This document shows, piece after piece, positions 53,613 to 64,000 of a stretch of 64,000 nt of DNA (position 1 is the first letter of the stretch; each line of letters starts with the position of its first letter). The stretch comes from Octopus bimaculoides (Eukaryota). The notes under the pieces are model-generated. The model had not been told where the DNA came from. It saw only the letters and a program-made list of their open reading frames with translations, and searched no databases. The translations under genes were made by a program, and so were the position numbers. The stretch lies in NCBI RefSeq assembly GCF_001194135.2, contig NC_068991.1:43169124-43233123 (forward strand), read 5' to 3'.

Positions 53613-54839
53613 CAGGAGTTGGACAAAATAATGGAAACACCTTAAAATTTCAAACAAATTTATTTTAATATGGGGTAGGACCGCCTTTGGCAGTAATTAC
53701 AGCTTGAATTCTATGAGGTATGGACTTGCACAAAGTTTGAATTGTTTCCAAAGGAATTTTTGCCCCTTCTTCAGCTAAAACAGTCTCCAGTTCTTGTAGT
53801 GATGATGGTGGAGGATATCGACTCCTTTCCTGTTTTTCTAAAATGTACCGTAAATGTTCAATAATATTGAGATCTGGGAACTGTGGTGGCCAGATAAGAT
53901 GTTCAATTTCACTAGAATGTTCCTCGTGCCATTCAGTAACAACTTTAGCTGTGTGAATTGGTGCATTATCATCCTGAAAGATTGCGGTTCCCTCCAGAAA
54001 AGTTCCACAACCATAGGATGAATTTGATCAGATAAAATGCTTAAATAATCTTGACTATTAATTCTGCCATGAAGGGAAACCATTGGGCCAGCAGATTTCC
54101 AAGATATAGCCCCGCCAGATCATTACAGATCTTCCTCCATGTTTAACAGTTGAAAGAAGGCACTCTAGGTCAAATGCTTCTTTTGGCTGTCTCCACACAT
54201 ATACTCGGCTAGTGGTTGGAAATAGGGTAAAGGATGACTCGTCCAAGAAAATAACATTCTTCCACTGCTCTAGGGACCAATTCTGTAGGTTTTTGCTTTA
54301 CTCTAAATGCTTTGCAACGTTTGTTTTTGAAAGTAGTGGTTTTCTGATTGCAGCTCTCCCGTGAAATCCGGCTTTGTGCAGCTCCCGGTGAACAGTTTTT
54401 GTGAAAACTGGGTTCTTCAGGTGGTCATTAAGCACTGCNNNNNNNNNNNNNNNNNNNNNNNNNNNNNNNNNNNNNNNNNNNNNNNNNNNNNNNNNNNNNN
54501 NNNNNNNNNNNNNNNNNNNNNNNNNNNNNNNNNNNNNNNNNNNNNNNNNNNNNNNNNNNNNNNNNNNNNNNNNNNNNNNNNNNNNNNNNNNNNNNNNNNN
54601 NNNNNNNNNNNNNNNNNNNNNNNNNNNNNNNNNNNNNNNNNNNNNNNNNNNNNNNNNNNNNNNNNNNNNNNNNNNNNNNNNNNNTCTGATGATATCTGAA
54701 AAGAAACAGCAATTTTAGCAAAACATATTAAGCAACACTAATAATAAATCAAAAAACATAAAAATAAACAAGTTTTTGACACTTTTATAGATATTTCAAA
54801 ATTATGATGCTATGTGTTTCCATTATTTTGTCCAACCCT

Positions 54840-54841
<2 letters not shown>
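53613..54841 (-). mobile_element. Tc1-like transposon with TIRs and DD36E spacing (internal gap)
   Basis: TIRs CAGGAGTTGGACAAAATAATGGAAACAC / GTGTTTCCATTATTTTGTCCAACCCTTG with TA flanks. Motifs are DESSF..VKHGG..FQDDNAPIH..WPPQFPDLNIIE. Confidence 0.9.
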
Positions 54842-54867
<26 letters not shown>

Positions 54868-54873
<6 letters not shown>

Positions 54874-54995
54874 AGCTCTGCATAGCTGAGCAAGCTGAGA
54901 TACTTAAAGATTCTCTGAAACCTGGGTCGCTGAATACTCACCAAGAAATCTTAACACAATGCATCCATTTCAAGCGCTACCTGCTGGAAACGTAG
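54868..54995 (+). mobile_element. PLE 3' end (GIY-YIG C-terminus), probably part of a pLTR
   Basis: CKLCIAEQAEIL..SLNTHQEILTQCIHFKRYLL matches the CxLC-E-N-E-CxH end seen in the PLEs at 400 and 10973. Confidence 0.75.
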
Positions 54996-55211
54996 AATTC
55001 CCCATTCATTGACTAAGCCCAGAAAAATCCTTACGATCCATTAGCCGGTCAAGGAATAGATTCCTTATTTCCCCTTTCGAAATAGCTGGTCTAGGGGAGA
55101 TAACTCGTCCTCACTAATGCCAGACATTTTATTCTCTGATGATCATTTGACCAATGACCGTGACAACTTTTCATCTTCAAGAGGTGAAGAGTTAAATTTG
55201 TCTTCGGACTA

Positions 55212-55271
55212 GAGTCTGATGAGTCATCCACAAAGCTACGGCCTTCATTGATGCAAAACCATTGGTCACTC
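55212..55271 (+). ncRNA. Minimal type I hammerhead ribozyme with a G12A lesion
   Basis: GAGT-CTGATGA-GTCATC...GATG.C-AAAAC-C-ATT-G-GTC-ACTC. Stem I is GAGT/ACTC, stem III is ACC/GGT, and the triplet is GUC. It lies 217 nt downstream of the PLE stop codon on the same strand. Confidence 0.65.
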
Positions 55272-56472
55272 GGTTACATACATACACACCAAATGATTCT
55301 TATTTTACTTGCATCTAGTTAGTCGTATGTCACTGACCATCCACGTGTATTTGTTGTCATTTGGCGTTATTATGTAAACAAAGAAATCGTGTGTGCGTAC
55401 CTAACATAAATCCTAGGAAGTTACTCTGTAGCAAAATTGGGACTTCGGTCTAATTACATTACCCCAGAGTGCATTATTCGGATATTTGGTTTCTAGTTAC
55501 GCTGTCCACAACCCTAACCGTTCGGTCTTTTCAGACAGTGCATTCATTCTGTTTGTAGTGCATAAATGTAACAGATACACAATTCTTGCATGAAATTCAA
55601 TGCTGTTAGCTGTGTTTGAAACACTCACGAGTAGATTCTTGCAGTAAACGTTACCTAAAACTAAACCTTGCAGTTTTTTTCCATCCTTGTTCACAACAAA
55701 CCATAGATTGGCTCGCGAGTGAGGCTAATTGCAGATATCCAGGGAAAAGGAATGAGGTAGAGAGAGAGAGAGAGTGTGTGTGTGCGTGCATGCGCGCGCG
55801 TATGTGTGGGGGTGTGAGAGCGCGCACGCACACACACGCACACATTTATATACATACAAATATATACGTACATACCTACATATATATGTGTGTGTGTGTA
55901 TATATAAAAACATACAGTTTATATTCATTTAAAAGAAGAAAAAGGGAGATAGGGAAGTTAATTGTTAATTATCAACAGCAAATTGGTCATCTTCACTTAC
56001 AACCGTTTCTATTAATACTCAATAAACATTAAATTTACATTTATGCGGCATGAGCATAATATCATCAGATGGAAAAGATGTACTTTTGGATGGTATATGT
56101 GTGTTTGTAAATTCATATTAGCAGAGTCTGCTAAAACAAACACACACACACACACGTACGTATGTATGTATGTACATCAACAAATCATATTAAGCTGTCT
56201 GGAAGCTATAAATGATAGCATAAAATATTTTGGGTTAAAAAAGCCGAGTTAGGAAAGTAGTCGAAAGCTACCAATCTAGCTAGGAATGTTAAAAATGGCA
56301 AATTAGATTAAGTAGTCCTAGGTAATGTTTGCCTAAACATAGAGCTGGATCGCCTTTTGACCATAAGTCTGTTCAATCAGAGCTAAATAACAAACCCGAA
56401 TTTGGACAAAAAATGAGGAAATGTATTTATTCGAAACCAGTTTTCATTGACACCGTATATTTCTGGTTTGCT

Positions 56473-56491
56473 ATGTCACCACCGATTCCAG
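56473..56491 (+). CDS. Candidate first coding exon of an unidentified gene (MSPPIP, phase 1)
   Basis: ATG TCA CCA CCG ATT CCA G|gtatgc in a non-repetitive, CpG-containing segment. No homology is recognised. Confidence 0.3.
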
Positions 56492-56896
56492 GTATGCTTA
56501 TTTACTGTTTTGAGAAAATAAATAGGGTTTTTTTTCTTTCTAATTTTATCATTCTTACATCATATTTGCCCTAAATATTCTTGTTTTGCGTCGTTTTTAA
56601 ATTCTGAATTGGAAATCGTAATTTCACGTGCATTATTTTTTTGGAACAACTTCGTAACGTGTATCATCTGTGTATCGCTTTCGAAAATGTGTCTTTATCA
56701 TTTTATCTATCTATCTATCGATCGATTGATCACTGTTTATCTGTCTGTCTTTTCTTTCACCAAATGTCTACAAAACTGATTGTAACTAGTGTTCTTTGTT
56801 ATGTGGATTTGACAATCTATTTGTCAGTCTCTCTTTGTCACTCTTCTTTCTTTCTTTTTCCCTTCTCTCTCTCTCTTTCCTCATACGTGTGTGTAT

Positions 56897-56930
<34 letters not shown>

Positions 56931-57511
56931 GTATATTATGGGACCTAGTGCGGTCCCTGGCCTTGCCACATCCTGTCAAGCCGTCCAATCCATATCATCA
57001 TGGAAAACGGACGTTAAATGATGATGATGATGATAATAATGACGATATATATATATATATACACTCACAGATGCACACACGAGATGTCAAGACAAGGCTA
57101 GACACCCAAGCACACGCGCACGCACACATATACGTATGTATGTATGCGTATGTTTATATGTATATTTCCGTGAACCAAATCCATTCACAAAGCTTTGGTC
57201 AGCCCTAAGCTATAATGAAAGGCATTTACCTAATGTTCCATGCTGTGGGACTGAACCCGAAGCCACATGGTTAGGAAACAAGCTTCTTAACCACACTGCC
57301 TCGCCTGCAACCTATCAACAGTATGTCATCTCTCTTGTCCTTTTCCTGTATATTACTGCCCCTTACTCCCCTAACTCACACCTAGCCCCTCTGCCCCACT
57401 CATTCCTAATTACCGCTTACTTTGAAGAGCCACCCTGACCCCTCATCACCAACTCCACCCAATCATTCCTACTCTCATTTCTAAAATTCTACTGCTAGAA
57501 GTCTCTCTCTC

Positions 57512-57542
<31 letters not shown>

Positions 57543-57568
57543 CGNNNNNNNNNNGAAGTCTCTCTCTC

Positions 57569-57599
<31 letters not shown>

Positions 57600-58039
57600 C
57601 GCCTGTTGCCTAGCATAAAGTTGTTCCCTTTGGGGTTCATAATCTTGCAAGCTGCATGACAACCTCACTAGTGCTAGTAGCATAAAAAAGGTCCCCAGTA
57701 CACTTTGTAAAATGGTTGGTATTAGGAAAGACATCCAGTCATAGAAACCATACAAAGTAGACACTGGAGTGCAAAGCAGTCATCATTGACTCCATCTGAT
57801 CCTGTCAAATCATCCAACACATGCCAGTATTGTACATGGACATTAAATGATGATGTTAATGATATATATATATATATATAACATCATCACTATAATTCTG
57901 TATGGCTCAGACAATGTTTATTGAGGCAGGTGCCCTTCCTGTCTCTAACCCTTATATGTTTCCAAGCAAGATATTTCTCCATGCCCACACATCTTTTTGC
58001 AGAATATTAGAAATGAAAGAGTCATTTACATTTGTCAAA

Positions 58040-59150
58040 TTTGGGTCAGTTTGTCTTCATGACATGTTCTGTTGATCTCACTCGATGAACCCGCCTTTGA
58101 CTTCGATGACAGCCTCCAAGCAACCTCAGAACTGGCCACAGGCTTTCGTCACTGTCTCCCATTTTAGGTCCCTGAATGCCCTAGTTATCCTGACCCTCAG
58201 CTTGTCCTTTGTGTTGCTGTTGGATTTGTTGGTCTCTCATTCCACTTCACTCCACACAAAGAAGTCAAGGGGGTTGTACTCAGGTGAGTTGGGAGGCCAA
58301 ATGTCAGGTACTGTGTGATCAAAGAAATTCTCCAACAGCCAGGCCTGGGTCTTCCAGCTAGTGTGGCAGGGCACAGAGTCTTGTTACATATACAGCCTCC
58401 CTGCAGCTAACTCAGTTGATCCAAAGCTTCACCACTTCACTCAGAACATGGATGTAGCCATTGGTGTTCAATCTGAGGCTCTCAGGGAAGAAGTGGAGTG
58501 GCATAACATCACCTTGTTGCTAACAACACCAAAGACCATGGTTGTCGCTGGAAATTTCGTCTGCATGACTCTGGTCACATCCTTGGGTGAGACCATGAGC
58601 TGCCTGTTATTCTGCAAGTTGACGTTCTGGTCTTAGCAGAAATTCTCGTTGGAAAAGAACCACTTTATATCTGGCCCCAGTGGGTGTGTCAACTTGTTAA
58701 TCAGCTTCTTGGTGTGCTTGAGTTGCTTTTCTTGCATCACCTTGGACAGAAATTGTCCCTCCCTCCCCTTGTATGAAAAGTAGAGAATGTCTCCATGCAC
58801 CACCAGCCTGATGAGTTTTTCATCCACAACCCTTTCTCCTGTGCGATAGAATGCATTGACTTGCTGGGATCATTGTTGGTGATCTCTGGGTTTCACCGAC
58901 AAATTCCAGTGTTCTGATGTTAACTGATCATTGAACATGGGATTTCTTCTCTACTGCCACTTCGTATTTGAATCCTGAATCTTCCAACTCCTTTCTGACC
59001 TTTTCCACCATCCTTCTGCTGATGTTGAGGAAGTCTCAAATCTCCTTGTTTCTCCTTCTCGCATGGATTCCAAGAAAGACTCCATGCCTCTTCTACAAAT
59101 TGTGGTAGGGTGGGGTGTCAAAATATTCCAGAGTCAATTATTCTGCAAAA
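58040..59150 (-). mobile_element. Mariner-like DD37D transposon remnant
   Basis: WFFSNENFC, then QDSVPCHTSWKTQAWLLENFFDHTVPDIWPPNSPEYNPLD, with 37 residues between the last two Asp. Confidence 0.88.
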
Positions 59151-59289
59151 AAGTAAAGCAAAAATAGTTATTGTTTTTAAGAAGAAAAAATACCAACAAG
59201 AATTTTTTAAAATATGCATAAGATTAGCAGTTGAAAATTGTAAACAAATACTATCTGCATCTTGTACATGCATGTGTGTGTGTTTGTGA

Positions 59290-59720
59290 GGGGAGGGTGA
59301 GTTGAGGAAGATGTTGGAAGTAAAGGGATCAAATTGGATTCAGCAGAAGACCTGAAAAATGGTGCATTGGAAGGGTGAGGTGGAGGGGTGGTAGGTGAGC
59401 AGGAAATGGAGGAAGGTAGTGGTGGCCAGAGCAAGGAGAGAGAGTGGATGCACAGTCAACAGATCAGGCAAGGGCGAGGTCAGTTTGGATAATGGAGGGT
59501 GGGGTATTCCTATTGGGTAGAGTATTCCTGTTGGGTGAAGTGGTGAGCCATGAGTTGGGAGTTGGGACTGTCTTGAAATCATGATCGTCACTACAGAGTC
59601 AGTTGGGAGAGAGGAACTGAGAGTAAGAGATGGACAGTTTGGTATGGTTAGGGTGGGAGGAGGAGAAGTTGATGTAAGAGTATGAGTCTGTGGGTTTGTA
59701 GTGGATGGAGGTGGTAAGAG
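59290..59720 (-). mobile_element. PLE fragment, same family as 33975-34640
   Basis: Shares DNA text with 34290-34640 (GGGTGGGA.GAGGAGAAGTTGA.GTA.GAGT.TGAGTCTGTG.GTTTGTAGTGGATGGAGGTGGT). SDDHDFK motif. Confidence 0.75.
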
Positions 59721-60060
59721 AGAAGTGGTGGAGAGTAACAGAAATGTCACATTTTTTTCAGCATACCTTGACCATCTCAGACACATTTTTCTTTCTCTCC
59801 ATCTTTTATCTCTCCTCATCTTTGTATTGTTTTTATTTTTTGACTATGTATATTATATGTGTATGTGTGTGAGTGCATGCGTGTATGTGTGTGTTTAGGC
59901 ACAGGTGTGATTGTGTGGTAAGAAGCTTGCTTCCCAACTACATGATTCTGGGTTCAGTCAAACTGCATGGTTTGTTGTGCAAGTATCTTCTACTATAGCC
60001 TCTGGCTGACCAAACCCTTGTGAGTGTATTTGGTGGATGGAAACTGAAAGAAGCCCATTG

Positions 60061-60113
<53 letters not shown>

Positions 60114-60723
60114 ATGTATATATCTATGAGCGTGTGTGTCTCCACCACTGCTTGACAACCAGTGTTGGTGTGTTTATGTCCCCACAACTTAGCAGTTCAA
60201 CAAAAGAGACCGATAGAATTAATACCAGGCTTGAAAAACATAAGTCCTGGAGTCAGCCCCGGTATGACCACTGTGTAATGACTGAAACAAGTAGAAGATA
60301 AATGATAAACAATATATATATATATATATATATACGCAGTAAAAATCACACCAATAATACAAGTAAAATTATGAGGTAAAGACAAGACAAACAAAGAATG
60401 CAGATTACACAAGCATGTCCCTGAAAAGTATAGAAATGTAAAGCAAAAAAAAAAACATGGTAGAGAATCTTATGCTTTGAGTGGTACTCTTTATCAAAGA
60501 GAAGAAAAAGAATTAAGAGGCAAGAGAAAGAGAAAATGTATGATACTGAATATAAGACATCTGCTTATATGGCAGTGCTGTGCTGGAATATGTATCAAGC
60601 AATCAAATAGAAGACTGGACTGATTCAATTACCTCTAAATTTTCCCTGCATATATTGTCCTTGAAACTAACTAAATGGCATCTGTTGTTATTATTAAGAT
60701 CAGCTTTATTTGTCATTGTCATT

Positions 60724-61093
60724 GTTATCTCCACCTTAGTGAAGGCAGAGGTATTGTTTTCAGTCGTGTTTGTTTGTTCATTTGTCCATGGACAAGATAT
60801 CTCAAGAACTGCTGGATGGATTCAGATGAAACTTTCAGGGATGTTAGGCCTCATGACTGGCACAAACTGATTAGATTTTGGGATGGATCCAGTTCCAGGC
60901 AAGGATTCTGGACTACTTTCCTGTTTTTTTTTTATTTAATTTATGAGTGTGGGTGGGTTCATTTTTACTATTTTCGTTTGTGAGAGCAGTTGAGTTTATT
61001 TCAGATATTCTCATTTAAAAAATCATCTCTGACTAATCGTTGAGAGGACTTTGGTGTTGCCTTGGTGGAGGTTTGTACTCTCAGTGCTCTTGT
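60724..61093 (+). mobile_element. Non-autonomous Helentron-type element (HINE/DINE-1-like)
   Basis: Subterminal inverted repeat CTCCACC (60729) / GGTGGAG (61064), GTTT microsatellite after the 5' end, GGATTCAGATGAAACTT core, and a small 3' hairpin. Confidence 0.6.
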
Positions 61094-61939
61094 TCAGATT
61101 AATATCATTCTCATTATCATTTTGAAGACTGCTGTTTTTCTTAATTCTTCTTTACCTACTTACCTAGTGATCAAGTCAGGGACTTAACAAGAGTTTTCAC
61201 CACCTAGGAGTAAAGACACTTTGACACACCTACCTTAATTAGCAAGTATGATAGGCCAGTGGAAATTTCTATTTCCTGATGTCTTTTTGGATGCACAGGG
61301 TATTTGCAAATGTCATGCATGCACTCACACATACGCACATGCACACACACATATGTACATGTGTGTGTAGGTAAATCAAAAATGAAAACAACTAAAAACA
61401 AAAACAACAGTCAAAAGGGTGTACACGTGAATGTATTAGGTTGAGTTCAGTTTAAGATGAAAAAAAGATGAGGATTGAATTCAGTTTAAGATGAAAAAAT
61501 GATGTGATGTTTTGAGCATGGCTCTTCATCAGAAAGAGGAAAGAGAAAAGTTCTGGAGAGAAGGAAAAGAATAGTCCAAAAAAAATCACATGGTCGTTAC
61601 ATGGCTGAAGTGACCAGATTATAGAGGAAGAGAGAGAGAGAGAGAGAAAGATTGAAAGATTCTCATCAGTCTCAGCCAACAACTAATGAAGTTGTGATTA
61701 GTTAAAGGCTTTTTTCAACACAACCCATTCTTAACAACAGAATTCACAGTGTTGGTTGCTTTGGGTAACAAAGTAAAAGCTAAAATCTTATTCAGCTGCT
61801 TACATGTCCCTTTCACCAGAAAGAATTCAGTTGGTTGAAGACCAATGGAAAATTCACAATCACTAAAATATATTGATGAAAGGTTTTTATCATTTAATTC
61901 ATCATTGATGTTTTTTGTTTGTTTTTTCTCCTTTTCAAG

Positions 61940-62074
61940 TGAAATCTTATCGTTTCAGGTCCATTTTCTCAATTATGTCTTCATATTATGAGTTAAAAAA
62001 CAGACGATTTATAATCAGATGTATGCTCTTATTTGGTTTGTCTACATGCATAGGATCATCTCTTTTAGGTCTGA
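61940..62074 (+). CDS. Candidate internal exon (135 bp, phase 1/1) encoding a hydrophobic segment
   Basis: ttttctccttttcaag|TG KSYRFRSIFSIMSSYYELKNRRFIIRCMLLFGLSTCIGSSLLGL A|gtaagt. It is phase-compatible with 56473-56491. Confidence 0.4.
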
Positions 62075-62287
62075 GTAAGTTCATCTTATTTACATTCTAT
62101 TGTTTTCTCATGCTGTATTTATTTGTCAATAATATGCACTTGTGTATGATACATATTATGTAAGGCTATGAAATCCTAGTAAAAATATCATGCATTGAAT
62201 TTTCTAAAATGAAGTGTTTGGTCAGATTTATTAAAATCTGACCAAAAGTTCATGTAAACTAAATAAAACAAAAACCAAATTTGAAAG

Positions 62288-62505
62288 TGTTATATCACAT
62301 GTTCGGATGGCGTGCCTTCGCCAATAATGTACCTCTACTCAACTACCGAACTCTCACTTCCGACGATTTGACTCAATAGAACTCAACGTCTAGTCCACTC
62401 ATGGATCCAGCTTGCTCTACGCGATGCTTCTATGACTAGCTATCACGTCCACTATTTATACGTATTGGACTAGCCTACTTATTGTCTGGGAGCATCCACA
62501 CAACA
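62288..62505 (-). mobile_element. Solo LTR (218 bp)
   Basis: Begins TGTT and ends AACA, flanked by a perfect 5-bp TSD GAAAG (62283-87 and 62506-10). A TATAAA on the minus strand suggests the orientation. Confidence 0.85.
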
Positions 62506-64000
62506 GAAAGTGACCTCTGAACTTTACCAGTTAAAAGTGAACTTTTAACTTTACTTTCAAACTTGAAATTACTACCATCAGCCTTCATTACAGAAAGATA
62601 TAAAGAACAATATAGAATGTAAATGCTTTCATTAAATTCATGGGATGTAGTAATGGAGGCTGGGGTACATATATTTATATCTGGACCTTTGCCCAGTTGT
62701 ACCTGTTAAGTCACCATTACTCACCCACCTTCTTATCTATTCAATATCCTTTCATTACTCTACCATTCCTACTATCACTGTACCATGCCATCTGTGAAAT
62801 GAGAGGAAAATATTAGATCTGTCTGTATTCAATCCCCTTCCTCTAACTCTATATCCTATTCTTCTCTCCACTATCTTTCTGAATCATGATGCTTAAGTAA
62901 GGTGTGAATCTGAATTACATCCCCATTTACCCTTCTATGGTACCTACCATCACTCCTCTCCCAATGTCATTATTGTTCTTTCACATTATAACCTGCCTTT
63001 AATTCTCATTGCTCCTCTGGTACTATATCTACAATTTCTTTCTCCTTTTCCTCACCATTACCCCAACCATGTTGTTTCCCCTGTTTCTCCTTTCTTTTTC
63101 CCTCCCACTCTAGTTTTATCTTCTGCAATGGTCCTCTCTTCTGCCCACTCTTACAATAATGTTACCCTGATGAAACAGACAACACCACAAAACAGTAAGG
63201 ATCCTGATAGAGGGTAACCTTATTAATGTTACAGCCATGATAAAATGTACATAGTATGCTCTGTACAGGTGTTCATAGAAGTGATGTTTCTAGTGTACTG
63301 TGAAAAACATGTCTAACCATTCTAAACATGAGGAAATATTAACTTGCTTGGAAACGCCATAATTGGTGAGAGGAAGGGAACCCAGCCATAGAAAATCTGC
63401 TTCAACAAATTCCGTCTGACCCATGGAAGCATGGAAAAGTTGACATTAAATGATGATGATAATATAATGATGATATCTGTTGAAATTCACTGCCTTTTTT
63501 CAAATAATTTTGAAAATAATAAAGGATTTAGTGAAATAACATTTCCGTTATTAATCTGGTGTTTGGAACATAAATTAGCATGAAAGTTTGGTGCGAAGTT
63601 CTCATTTACATCGATTTAAATCAGGAAATTTGTATCATAGAACCAAGGGTGGTTCTCAAGCATGTGGGCATCAAAAGAGTTGATGTTTATGTTTTAATTT
63701 CTGGTAATTTTTTTTTTTCAAATATACACTTAATTTTTCCAACACTGCTGCCAACATATCTGTGCATATACAAGCAACAAGTTTAGACAGATATGTGTGT
63801 TATAACATGTGTATGGAGACTGGCAAAATTGAACTCTCCATAAGTATTTGTTTGTTTGCATGCATGACATCATCAACTTGTGTTTATTTACAATTCCAAA
63901 ATTTACATATGCACTGCATAGTGACATATACTTGGTCATTTGCTTGTGGGGCATATTTATGAATATGTGTTAGTGCATGCTATGAATTTCCAACTCAGAG

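Noticed and set aside
56027-56071. Minus-strand CAT-CTGATGA-..TTATGC/GCATAA..-TAAATTTA-ATG hammerhead-like fold
   Set aside because: There is no GAAA box, and the related repeat copy at about 6670-6750 lacks CTGATGA. It was kept out as too degenerate.
63161-63218. GTTACCCTGATGAAAC...AGGGTAAC hairpin with a core box
   Set aside because: No credible stem II or correctly placed NUH triplet can be drawn.

Overview
AT-rich, gap-containing animal genomic scaffold. The SINE and RTE tail repertoire and the microsatellite load resemble an octopod cephalopod; this is an inference and is not verified. One clear protein-coding gene is present: a minus-strand EGLN1/PHD2 (HIF prolyl hydroxylase with MYND finger) with four identifiable coding exons (39264-40154, 19511-19630, 7935-8071, 4637-4695) spread over about 35.5 kb. 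Its last exon was not found. A second, unidentified plus-strand gene may start at about 56473. The rest is mostly decayed mobile DNA: at least seven Penelope-like (PLE, GIY-YIG) fragments, a 5'-truncated RTE LINE with a PHD-like finger and many orphan RTE 3' tails, two SINE families, Tc1/mariner (DD36E, DD37D), hAT, Helitron, HINE, Tx1-like and Ty3/gypsy remnants, a solo LTR, MITEs and fold-backs. The most interesting signal not shown by the ORF track is a set of minimal type I hammerhead ribozyme motifs with palindromic stem III, several next to PLE 3' ends. One is near-intact (1954-2039) and the others are degenerate (55212, 28547, 28451, 6778, 44186, 60468, 61505). No ribozyme activity can be shown from sequence alone.
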